The position numbers were made by a program, and so were the translations under genes. Below are positions 55,165 through 62,787 of a stretch of 64,000 nt of DNA, piece by piece (the first letter of the stretch is position 1; each line of letters begins with the position of its first letter). Source of the DNA: an uncultured Thermoleophilia bacterium (GTDB lineage Bacteria > Actinomycetota > Thermoleophilia > Gaiellales > Gaiellaceae); assembly GCA_963784765.1 (NCBI GenBank), contig CAWASP010000021.1, positions 7,645 through 71,644 on the forward strand, written 5' to 3'. Below the pieces are notes generated by a model. That model saw only the letters and a program-made list of their open reading frames with translations. It was not told the origin of the DNA and did no database searches.

Positions 55165-56114
55165 TGGCTTCCAAACGCGCCGTCGTCGCGATCGGCGGCA
55201 ACTCGCTGATCAAGGATCGTGAGCACCAGTCGGTCCGCGACCAGTACATCGCGGCCGGCGAGACCTGCCGGCACATCGCGTCGATGATCACGGACGGCTG
55301 GGACGTGGCGATCAGCCACGGCAACGGGCCGCAGGTGGGCTTCATCCTGCGCCGCTCGGAGCTCGCGGCGCACGAGCTGCACGAGGTGCCGCTCGACGTC
55401 TGCGGCGCGGACAGCCAGGGTGCGATCGGCTACGAGCTCGCGCAGAACCTCGAGAACGACTTCCACCGGCTCGGCATCGACCGGCACGCGGTTGCGGTGG
55501 TCACGCAGGTGGAGGTCGCGGCCGACGACCCGGCGTTCGCGAACCCCACGAAGCCGATCGGCTCGTTCATGGACGAGGCGGCGGCGGTCGCGAGGCGCGA
55601 GAACGACGGCTGGGACGTCGTCGAGGATGCGGGACGTGGCTGGCGTAGGGTCGTTCCCTCGCCGATGCCGCTGCGGATCGTCGAGGTCGACGCGATTCGC
55701 TCGCTGATCGGCGCCGGATTCGTGGTCGTCTCCGTCGGCGGCGGGGGCATTCCGGTCGTGGCGAACGGCGACGGCCGGCTGACCGGTGTCGCGGCGGTCA
55801 TCGACAAGGACCTCGCGAGCGCGCTGCTCGCCAACTCGATCGACGCCGAGCTGCTGATGATCACGACCGCCGTCGAGAAGGTCGCGCTCGACTTCGGCAC
55901 GCCGAACGAGCGGTCGATCGACCGGATGACGCTGTCCGAGGCGAAGGAGCGGCTCGCGGAGGGCACGCATTTCGCCGCGGGGAGCATGGCGCCGAAGATC
56001 CAGGCGGTGGTCCAGTTCCTGGAGCACGGCGGCGACCGGGCCGTCATCACCGACCCCGACCACGTCGAGGGTGCCCTCACCGGCGAGACCGGGACGACGA
56101 TCGTCCGCGACTGA
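55164..56114 (+). CDS. arcC: carbamate kinase
   Basis: ATG 55164 overlaps the previous stop (TGATG). Motifs VVAIGGNSL, SHGNGPQVG, GGGGIPV and IDKDLAS are present. Confidence 0.9.
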   Translation: MASKRAVVAIGGNSLIKDREHQSVRDQYIAAGETCRHIASMITDGWDVAISHGNGPQVGFILRRSELAAHELHEVPLDVCGADSQGAIGYELAQNLENDFHRLGIDRHAVAVVTQVEVAADDPAFANPTKPIGSFMDEAAAVARRENDGWDVVEDAGRGWRRVVPSPMPLRIVEVDAIRSLIGAGFVVVSVGGGGIPVVANGDGRLTGVAAVIDKDLASALLANSIDAELLMITTAVEKVALDFGTPNERSIDRMTLSEAKERLAEGTHFAAGSMAPKIQAVVQFLEHGGDRAVITDPDHVEGALTGETGTTIVRD

Positions 56115-56122
56115 CGCGCAGC

Positions 56123-57688
56123 TCAACTCCGAACCTGGTTCGCCTCCGGCGAACCAGGTTCGGCTGAGTCCTCGGAGAGCTCGCCGGCCATGCGCAACCC
56201 GATCTCCTCGATGCTCTCCCGGTCTGTGACCTCGGAGAGCCGTCCCTCGTACATGACGACGATGCGGTCGTTGAGCGCGAGAATCTCGTCGAGGTCCTCG
56301 CTGAACAGCACGACCGCCGCGCCGGCCTCGGCGGCGTCGATCAGATGGGAGTGCACGGTCGCAACGGCCGAGACGTCGAGGCCACGGGTGGGCGACGACG
56401 CGATCAGGACCCTCATCGCGTCGGAGAACTCGCGCGCGATCACCACCTTCTGGAGGTTCCCGCCGGAGAGGTTGCCGGTCTCCATCTCCGGGCCTGATGC
56501 CCTGATGTCGAACCGCTGGATCGCAGCCTCCGCCTCCACGCGCATGCGCCGGAGCGGCAGGAAGGGACCAACCGAGTCGTGGCGATACGAGCGCAGCTCG
56601 AGATTCTCGGCGATCGAGAGGCTGGGCGAGACACCGGTGCCCATACGGTCCTCGGGCACCCAACGGATCCCGGCGTCGAAGGCGGTACGCGGGTCCCCGT
56701 TGCGCAACCGCTTGCCGTCGATCTCGATCCGGCCCTTCGTATGCGGGCGCAACCCGGCGATCGTCTCCGCAAGCTCACGCTGGCCGTTGCCGGCGACGCC
56801 GGCGACGGCGACGATCTCGCCCGCCTGCACCTGGAGCGAGACACCCTTGACGGCCGGGACACCGCGGTCGCCCTCTGCCCACAGATCGTCGAGCTCGAGC
56901 ACGGCCTTCGTCTTGACCGAGCTGCGGGGCGTCCGCCTCACCTGTTCGAGCTCCCGGCCGATCATCAGCGCCGCAAGCGACTGCGGCGACGCGTCGGAGG
57001 TCGAGACTGTCGCGATGGCCTTGCCGGCGCGCAGCACCGTCACACGGTCCGACACGGCCATCACCTCGTGCAGCTTGTGCGAGATGAAGACGACCGTCCG
57101 CCCCTCCGAGGCGATCTGGCGCAGCGTCACGAACAGCGTGTCGGCCTCGTCCGGTGTCAGCACCGCCGTCGGCTCGTCGAGGAACAGCACGCGGGCGTTC
57201 TGGTAGAGCGCATTCAGGATCTCGACGCGCTGCTGCTCGCCCACCGACAGCTGCCACACCCGCGCCCGTGGGTGGACGGGCAGGCTGTAGCGCTCTCCCA
57301 ACTCGAGCACCTGCCCCTCGACCGCGCCCGGGTTGATCCGGAAGTGGCGACCGGCGCCGAGACGGTCGCCGAGGACGAGGTTCTCGGCGACCGTGAACCG
57401 GTCGACGAGCCGGAAGTGCTGGTGCACCATCGAGACGCCCGCGTCGATCGCTTCCCGCGGGGAGTCGAAGCTCACGCGCTGCCCGGCGAGCAGGATCTCG
57501 CCCTCGTCGGGCTGGTAGAGGCCCGAGAGGACGTGCGAGAGCGTCGTCTTGCCGGCGCCGTTCTCCCCGAGCAGGGCGTGTACCTCGCCGGCGGCGGCAT
57601 GAAAGTCCACCCCGTCGTTCGCGACGACGCCGGGAAAGCGCTTGGTGATCCCCCGCGCCTCGATCGCAGGCCCCGACGCCGCCTCCAC
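56123..57688 (-). CDS. ABC transporter ATP-binding protein, tandem ATPase (BMP / nucleoside-sugar type)
   Basis: Start at GTG 57688 (VEAASGPAIEARGITKRF...). The first cassette has Walker A GENGAGKTT and LSVGEQQR. The second has LSGGNLQK. The rest of track ORF 56123..58234 is junk. Confidence 0.92.
   Translation of the reverse strand: MEAASGPAIEARGITKRFPGVVANDGVDFHAAAGEVHALLGENGAGKTTLSHVLSGLYQPDEGEILLAGQRVSFDSPREAIDAGVSMVHQHFRLVDRFTVAENLVLGDRLGAGRHFRINPGAVEGQVLELGERYSLPVHPRARVWQLSVGEQQRVEILNALYQNARVLFLDEPTAVLTPDEADTLFVTLRQIASEGRTVVFISHKLHEVMAVSDRVTVLRAGKAIATVSTSDASPQSLAALMIGRELEQVRRTPRSSVKTKAVLELDDLWAEGDRGVPAVKGVSLQVQAGEIVAVAGVAGNGQRELAETIAGLRPHTKGRIEIDGKRLRNGDPRTAFDAGIRWVPEDRMGTGVSPSLSIAENLELRSYRHDSVGPFLPLRRMRVEAEAAIQRFDIRASGPEMETGNLSGGNLQKVVIAREFSDAMRVLIASSPTRGLDVSAVATVHSHLIDAAEAGAAVVLFSEDLDEILALNDRIVVMYEGRLSEVTDRESIEEIGLRMAGELSEDSAEPGSPEANQVRS
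56129..56163. terminator. perfect 16-bp hairpin after carbamate kinase (operon terminator candidate), embedded in the 3-prime end of the convergent ABC ATPase ORF
   Basis: CCGAACCTGGTTCGCC-TCC-GGCGAACCAGGTTCGG starts 15 nt after the arcC stop. Confidence 0.6.
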
Positions 57689-58653
57689 TAGTGCTCCTCG
57701 CGCACGTAGGCAACCCCGAGCGCGGCCGGCGCACCCAGTCGCCTGCGCGCCGTGCCGGATGACATGACGACGAGGACGAGCACCGTCATCAGGTACGGCA
57801 GCGCGTTCGACCAGAGAACGGTCGGGCCGAGCGAGATGTTGCGGGCCTGCAGCTGCGGCGCGAGCGCTTGCAGGGCACCGAAGATGTACGCGCCGACGAG
57901 GCAGAGCTCGGGCCGCCAGAAGGCGAAGATGACGAGGGCGATCGCAATCCAGCCCGCGCCGCCCGTGATCCCGTCCACCCACTGCGGGGTGATCGCAAGC
58001 GTCACCGTCGCGCCGGCAACGCCGGCGAATGCGCCGCCGGCGAGCGTATGCGCATAGCGGTAGGCGGTGACGTTGATGCCCATCGTGTCCGCCGCCGCCG
58101 GCGACTCTCCGACCGCCCGGAGGTTCAGCCCCGGCCGCGTCCGCGAGAGGTACAGGCCGACCGCGACGACACAGAGCCAGGAGATGTAGACGAGGACGTC
58201 CTGACCGAAGACGATCGGGCCGACGATCGGCCACTTCTGCATGCTTGCGGGCAGGAAGGCATTGAAGGTGTGCGCGGCGGGCTGGTCCGAGACGTTCAGG
58301 TCGTTGCCGAGGTACGACGAGAGGCCGGCGGCGCCGGCGAAGATCGTCAGCGCGAGCCCGGAGACGATCTGGTTCGCACGCAGGGTGATCGTGAGGAAGG
58401 CGTGGATCGCCGCCATCGCGGTGGCGGCGACGGCCGCGACGAGGAGCGCGAGGGCGAGCCCGACGGCGCTCGTGGTGTGGACGCGCTGCACCGTCCAGAA
58501 GCCCATCACGGCGCCCACGAGCATCATTCCCTCGACGCCGAGGTTGAGCACGCCGGAGCGCTCCGCGAGCAGCTCACCGAGCGAGGCGAAAAGCAACGGC
58601 GTGCCGTAGGCGACTCCGGAGGCGAGCAGCACGACGGCCAGCGAGTTGTTCAT
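57688..58653 (-). CDS. ABC transporter permease (BMP-family system)
   Basis: 321-aa polytopic ORF (GELLAERSGVLNLGVEGMM...). It is coupled to its neighbours by 1-nt and 4-nt overlaps. Confidence 0.88.
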   Translation of the reverse strand: MNNSLAVVLLASGVAYGTPLLFASLGELLAERSGVLNLGVEGMMLVGAVMGFWTVQRVHTTSAVGLALALLVAAVAATAMAAIHAFLTITLRANQIVSGLALTIFAGAAGLSSYLGNDLNVSDQPAAHTFNAFLPASMQKWPIVGPIVFGQDVLVYISWLCVVAVGLYLSRTRPGLNLRAVGESPAAADTMGINVTAYRYAHTLAGGAFAGVAGATVTLAITPQWVDGITGGAGWIAIALVIFAFWRPELCLVGAYIFGALQALAPQLQARNISLGPTVLWSNALPYLMTVLVLVVMSSGTARRRLGAPAALGVAYVREEH

Positions 58654-59816
58654 CGGGCGGCCGGCTCCGGCACGGACGGGGTGGTCGCCGGCTTCGCCGG
58701 CTGCCTGGCGATCCGGACGCGGTGACGGATGAAGAGCTCGCCGCCGAGCGCCGAGAAGAGGATGATGCCCTGGATGGCGCCGACGAGGCCGGCGGGGAAG
58801 CTCGCGCCCTGGAGCGTGTTGCCGGCGTTCTCGAGCCCGCCCAGCAAGAACGCGATCAGCACGGCGGCGAACGGGTTGTAGCGCCCGAGCGCCGCGACGA
58901 CGATGCCCGTGTAGCCGTAGCCGCGCTGCTGGAGCCCGTGCGGGTCGCCGTCCAGAGAATGGCTGAAATCACCGACCTGGCTCGCACCGCCGAGGCCGGC
59001 GATCGCGCCGGAAAGCGCCATCACCGAGAGGATCTTCCGCCGAATGCGCACGCCTGCGTACCGCGCCGCCTGCGGAGAGTCGCCCATCACCCGCGCCTCG
59101 AAGCCGAAGCGGGTTCTCGCGTAGAGGATCCAGAGCACCACGGCGACGAGGAGTGCGAGCCCGAAGCCGAGCGGCACGACGATGCCTCCCTGGACATGAA
59201 ACGCCCAACCGGGCCAGACGGCGGACGAGGGCAGCGGCTTCCCGGTCGGGAAGACCGTGGCGTTGAACCCCTTCGTCTGCCGCCAGTACGACTGGCTCTC
59301 GAAGATCAGGTAGGTGAGGATCAGGCCGGCGACGTAGTTCAAGAGCAGCGAGGTCAGGATCTCGTTGGTCTTGAAGAAGGCGCGCAGGACGCCGGGAATC
59401 AGCGCCCACGCGGCGCCGCCGGCGCAGCCGGCGACGACCATCGCGGCGATCGGGAACGGTGCCGCCCCGCCGCTGCTGCCGAGGTAGAGGCCTGCGGCCG
59501 AGCCGAAGATCGCGCCCATGTACATCTGCCCCTCGGCTCCGATGTTCCAGAGCCGCATCCGGAACGCCGCCGCTGCGGCGAGGCCGGTAAACGCGAGGGG
59601 TGTGGCCGAGATCAGCGTCTGGTCGAGCGAGCCGGCCTGCAGGAAGGCGGCGTCGAAGAGCTGCCGGTAGGCGGAAACCGGGCTGTGGCCCGTTGCCGCG
59701 AGGAGGACGGCCGCGAGCAGGAAGGCGAAGACGATCGAGCCGATCGGGACGGCAACAGCGAGCCAGCGGGGCTGCTGGAGCCGTCGCTCGAACGTGATGC
59801 GAAGGGAGGCGGTCAT
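58650..59816 (-). CDS. ABC transporter permease (BMP-family system)
   Basis: Start at ATG 59816 (MTASLRITFERRLQQPRWLAVAVPIG...). The sequence WNIGAEGQMYMGA is typical. Confidence 0.88.
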   Translation of the reverse strand: MTASLRITFERRLQQPRWLAVAVPIGSIVFAFLLAAVLLAATGHSPVSAYRQLFDAAFLQAGSLDQTLISATPLAFTGLAAAAAFRMRLWNIGAEGQMYMGAIFGSAAGLYLGSSGGAAPFPIAAMVVAGCAGGAAWALIPGVLRAFFKTNEILTSLLLNYVAGLILTYLIFESQSYWRQTKGFNATVFPTGKPLPSSAVWPGWAFHVQGGIVVPLGFGLALLVAVVLWILYARTRFGFEARVMGDSPQAARYAGVRIRRKILSVMALSGAIAGLGGASQVGDFSHSLDGDPHGLQQRGYGYTGIVVAALGRYNPFAAVLIAFLLGGLENAGNTLQGASFPAGLVGAIQGIILFSALGGELFIRHRVRIARQPAKPATTPSVPEPAAR

Positions 59817-59840
59817 CGCGGGGCGAGGTGGATGGTGGCC

Positions 59841-59870
59841 GTGGGGGGACGCCGGTCGGCGTCCCCCCAC
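59841..59870 (-). terminator. perfect 13-bp intercistronic hairpin between the binding-protein and permease genes
   Basis: GTGGGGGGACGCC-GGTC-GGCGTCCCCCCAC lies in the 63-bp gap after the substrate-binding-protein stop. Confidence 0.5.
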
Positions 59871-59879
59871 GCCGGGGAA

Positions 59880-60986
59880 CTAGCCCTTGGCGCTGCCGAT
59901 GACGCCCTTCACCAGCCAGTTCATGCCGTAGAGGCTGTTGGTGCCTCCCTTGAGCACCTGCATCTTCACGCCCTTCTTGACCCGCAGCTTGCCCTTCTGG
60001 TCGTACAGCGGGCCCTTGAACTCGTCATACGTTCCCTTGACGAGCTTCTTCTGCATCGCCGCGATCTCGGCCTTCGTCTTCTGAGACACGCCCGGCCCGT
60101 ACGGCGCGAGCTTCGTAAAGCCGTCCTTGATCGAGCCGTAGTAGAAGCCGGACTTCCACGTGCCGGCCATCGCCTGCTTGACGCGCTTCAGGTAGTAGAT
60201 CCCCCAGTTGTAGACCGAGGCCGTGAGCCACGACTTCGGTGCGAACTTCTTCGCGTCGGAGTCGTAGCCGACCCACGGGATCCCCTTGGATTCGGCGTAC
60301 TGCCCGGTCGCCGGGGAATCGACGTTCTGGCCGAGCACGTCGACGCCGGCGGCGACGAGGCTCTGCGCGGCCTTCTTCTCCTTCGCCGGATCGAACCACG
60401 AGTTCGTCCAGACGAGCCGCACGGTCGCGCCCGGGTGCGTGTACTGCGCACCGAGGGCGAAGGCGTTCGCGTGCCGGATCACCTCGGGGATCGGGTAGGC
60501 GACGACGAAGCCGAGCTTCCCGGTCTTCGATGCGGCACCGGCCGCCATGCCGGACAGGAAGATCGTGTCCTCAGCGCGCCCGAAGTACTCGGCGAGGTTC
60601 TTCGTCACGTCCGTCCCGGTCGCCTGCTCGAAGAGCACGTCCGGGTACTTGGCGGCGAGCTGCTTCGTGATCATCCCGTACGACGTCGCGAAGATCATCT
60701 TGTAGCCCTGCGAGACGAGGCTCTGCACCGTCTGGTTGAACTGCGACCCGACCGCGATGTTCTCCTTGTAGGTGGTCTGCACCTTGCTGCCGAGCATCTT
60801 CTGGACGTACAGGCGCCCCTCGTCGTGCGCCTGCGACCAGCCGCCGTCGTTGTGCGGCCCGACGTAGATCCAGGCGACCTTGAATGGACTGGCTTTGGCG
60901 TGACCCCACCCGGCGCTCGCCGCGGCGAGCGCAAGGGCGCCCACCGCCAGGAGCACTACGGCGAGGGCTGACTTGCGCCTCTTCAT
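59880..60986 (-). CDS. BMP-family ABC transporter substrate-binding protein (Med/PnrA-like, purine/nucleoside type)
   Basis: ATG 60986 is preceded by AGGAGGAA. The signal peptide is MKRRKSALAVVLLAVGALALAAA. The sequences FKVAWIYVGPHNDGGWSQAH and YPIPEVIRHANAF are BMP-like. Confidence 0.88.
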   Translation of the reverse strand: MKRRKSALAVVLLAVGALALAAASAGWGHAKASPFKVAWIYVGPHNDGGWSQAHDEGRLYVQKMLGSKVQTTYKENIAVGSQFNQTVQSLVSQGYKMIFATSYGMITKQLAAKYPDVLFEQATGTDVTKNLAEYFGRAEDTIFLSGMAAGAASKTGKLGFVVAYPIPEVIRHANAFALGAQYTHPGATVRLVWTNSWFDPAKEKKAAQSLVAAGVDVLGQNVDSPATGQYAESKGIPWVGYDSDAKKFAPKSWLTASVYNWGIYYLKRVKQAMAGTWKSGFYYGSIKDGFTKLAPYGPGVSQKTKAEIAAMQKKLVKGTYDEFKGPLYDQKGKLRVKKGVKMQVLKGGTNSLYGMNWLVKGVIGSAKG

Positions 60987-61338
60987 CGGTTTCCTCCTAG
61001 AGAAGTCGTGCGGCGGCAGCCCACGGCACTACCGTCGATGTCGACCGTCGCGAATCGCTTCGTCAATGCACTTCTCCTCGCCGGTCACCCGCGGGCCTTG
61101 AATCGGTCTCCGGCCTAGGATGCTCCGCCGCGATCCTCCTTTGGGCATCGTCGCGCCCCCTGACTGCTCCTCGGGAAACTACCGAGAGGCCGTCCCGCGG
61201 CCAGACCCCTTGACGATGAGCCAACGACCTCTCCTTCTCACCGGATGTTGCCCGACGACCCGCGCCGCGGCCCCCGAGGCGATCACGGCCCACGACGCAG
61301 CGGGAGTCTAGAGCGTTCGGGTTTCCACCGTGTGAGGA

Positions 61339-62760
61339 ATGACGCGGTCACGGGTAGATGATGTGCTCGTGAGGCATGCGCTCGCGATCCCGGGGCTCAT
61401 CGCCGCCGCCGTCTTCTCGCTCACTCCATCGGCCCGCGCCGGAAGCTTCACCTCGAGCGACCCCCAGCTGAACGCGATCTGGGCCGCCTCGGTTCGCACC
61501 GCGGACGACATGCTCTCGACGGGGCGCCAGACCGTGGACGCGCTCGGCCGACCCTGCGTGGTCAACCTGCCGGTCGTGATCGAGGACGGGCTCGTCCGCG
61601 ACCGCTGCCCCTACATCGGCGACCTCTCGGCGACGGGCGCCACCTACGACGTGTCGAGCCCGCACTTCGCGGCGCAACGCGCGCTCATTCAGTGGTTCGG
61701 CGACCACCAGCTCGCGAGCGGAGCGATCCCGGCGTCCCCCGTGGGCGGCGGCCGGCTCGTGCTGTTCGACTACAACGCCTACTGGCTGCAGTCGCTCTAC
61801 CGCTACGTGCTCTATTCGGGCGACGTCGCGCTGGCGCGGGAGATGTGGCCCCACGTGATGCGTCTGATGACCTGGTACGACGGGCGGACGCTCCCCTCGG
61901 GGCTGCTCGCGGCGAACCGCCCGCATGCCGACTATGCGTTCATCAGGCGGCACGGCCGCGTCGTGTCCTACTTCAACGCGCAGTACGTGCTCGCCCTGCG
62001 CGAGACCGAGGCGCTCGCGCGCTGGGCCGGGCAGAGCAGCGCGACGTTCGCCGCGCGCATCGCCCGCGTCTCCAGGGCGTTCGACGCCGCGTTCTGGGAC
62101 CCGGCCGCGGGAGCGTACGGCGACACGACGCTCGACAGGACGACGCACCCGCAGGACGGCAACGCCTTCGCGATCCTCGCCGGTCTTGCGGGGACGCACG
62201 CCCGATCGATCCTCAACCACCTGCAGAGCCACGACTGGCGCAGCTGGGGGTCGACGATCGTCGACGACAACTCGTGGGACGACCCCGTCTGGGGCTACCA
62301 GTCGTCGGAGCGCTGCTACCCGTTCATCTCGTACGACGAGGTCGTCGCGCGCTTCGAGGTCGGGCTCGGCCGGACGGCGCTCGACCTCATACGCCCCGAG
62401 TGGGGCTACATGCTCGCGAACGGCCCGCAGACGACGATGTGGGAGCTGATCGAGCCGTTCGGCGGCGGCGGCTCGTGGGATGCCGGCTGGTCGTCGGGAG
62501 CGGCTCCCGCCCTCACGGATTGGGTCCTCGGCGTTCGACCGACCTCACCGGGCTTCACGACGTTCGTCGTCAACCCTCACGTCGCGAATCTCGCCTCGGC
62601 CTCCGGCTCGATCGACACGCCGCGCGGGCCGATCACCGTCTCGTGGCGCCGGGGCGCGACGCTGACGGTGAAGGTGAACGCGCCTCCCGGCGAGACGTGG
62701 ACGAACGCAGCGACGTACTCGCGCTCTCGCCGACCCTCTGCCGGCGCGCTCCGGGGCTGA
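61339..62760 (+). CDS. secreted six-hairpin glycoside-hydrolase-like protein (probably GH78 alpha-L-rhamnosidase-related)
   Basis: 473-aa ORF with a signal-like N-terminus (AIPGLIAAAVFSLTPSARA). The segments DRCPYIGDL, FDYNAYWL and HPQDGNAFAIL resemble (alpha/alpha)6 rhamnosidase catalytic domains. The exact start is uncertain. Confidence 0.5.
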   Translation: MTRSRVDDVLVRHALAIPGLIAAAVFSLTPSARAGSFTSSDPQLNAIWAASVRTADDMLSTGRQTVDALGRPCVVNLPVVIEDGLVRDRCPYIGDLSATGATYDVSSPHFAAQRALIQWFGDHQLASGAIPASPVGGGRLVLFDYNAYWLQSLYRYVLYSGDVALAREMWPHVMRLMTWYDGRTLPSGLLAANRPHADYAFIRRHGRVVSYFNAQYVLALRETEALARWAGQSSATFAARIARVSRAFDAAFWDPAAGAYGDTTLDRTTHPQDGNAFAILAGLAGTHARSILNHLQSHDWRSWGSTIVDDNSWDDPVWGYQSSERCYPFISYDEVVARFEVGLGRTALDLIRPEWGYMLANGPQTTMWELIEPFGGGGSWDAGWSSGAAPALTDWVLGVRPTSPGFTTFVVNPHVANLASASGSIDTPRGPITVSWRRGATLTVKVNAPPGETWTNAATYSRSRRPSAGALRG

Positions 62761-62787
62761 CCGGGCGCCGGGCTGCGGAGCAGCTGC

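Noticed and set aside
61146-61218. Purine-riboswitch-like fragment (GGGAAACUACCGAGAGGCCGU) and two C-rich loops reminiscent of 6C RNA on the plus strand of the 60987-61338 spacer.
   Set aside because: The rest of the purine aptamer consensus (UAUAAU..., CCGUAAAU, GACUA) is absent. The element would face the glycosidase gene rather than the transporter. The C-runs are about 120 nt apart and not in adjacent hairpin loops as in 6C RNA.
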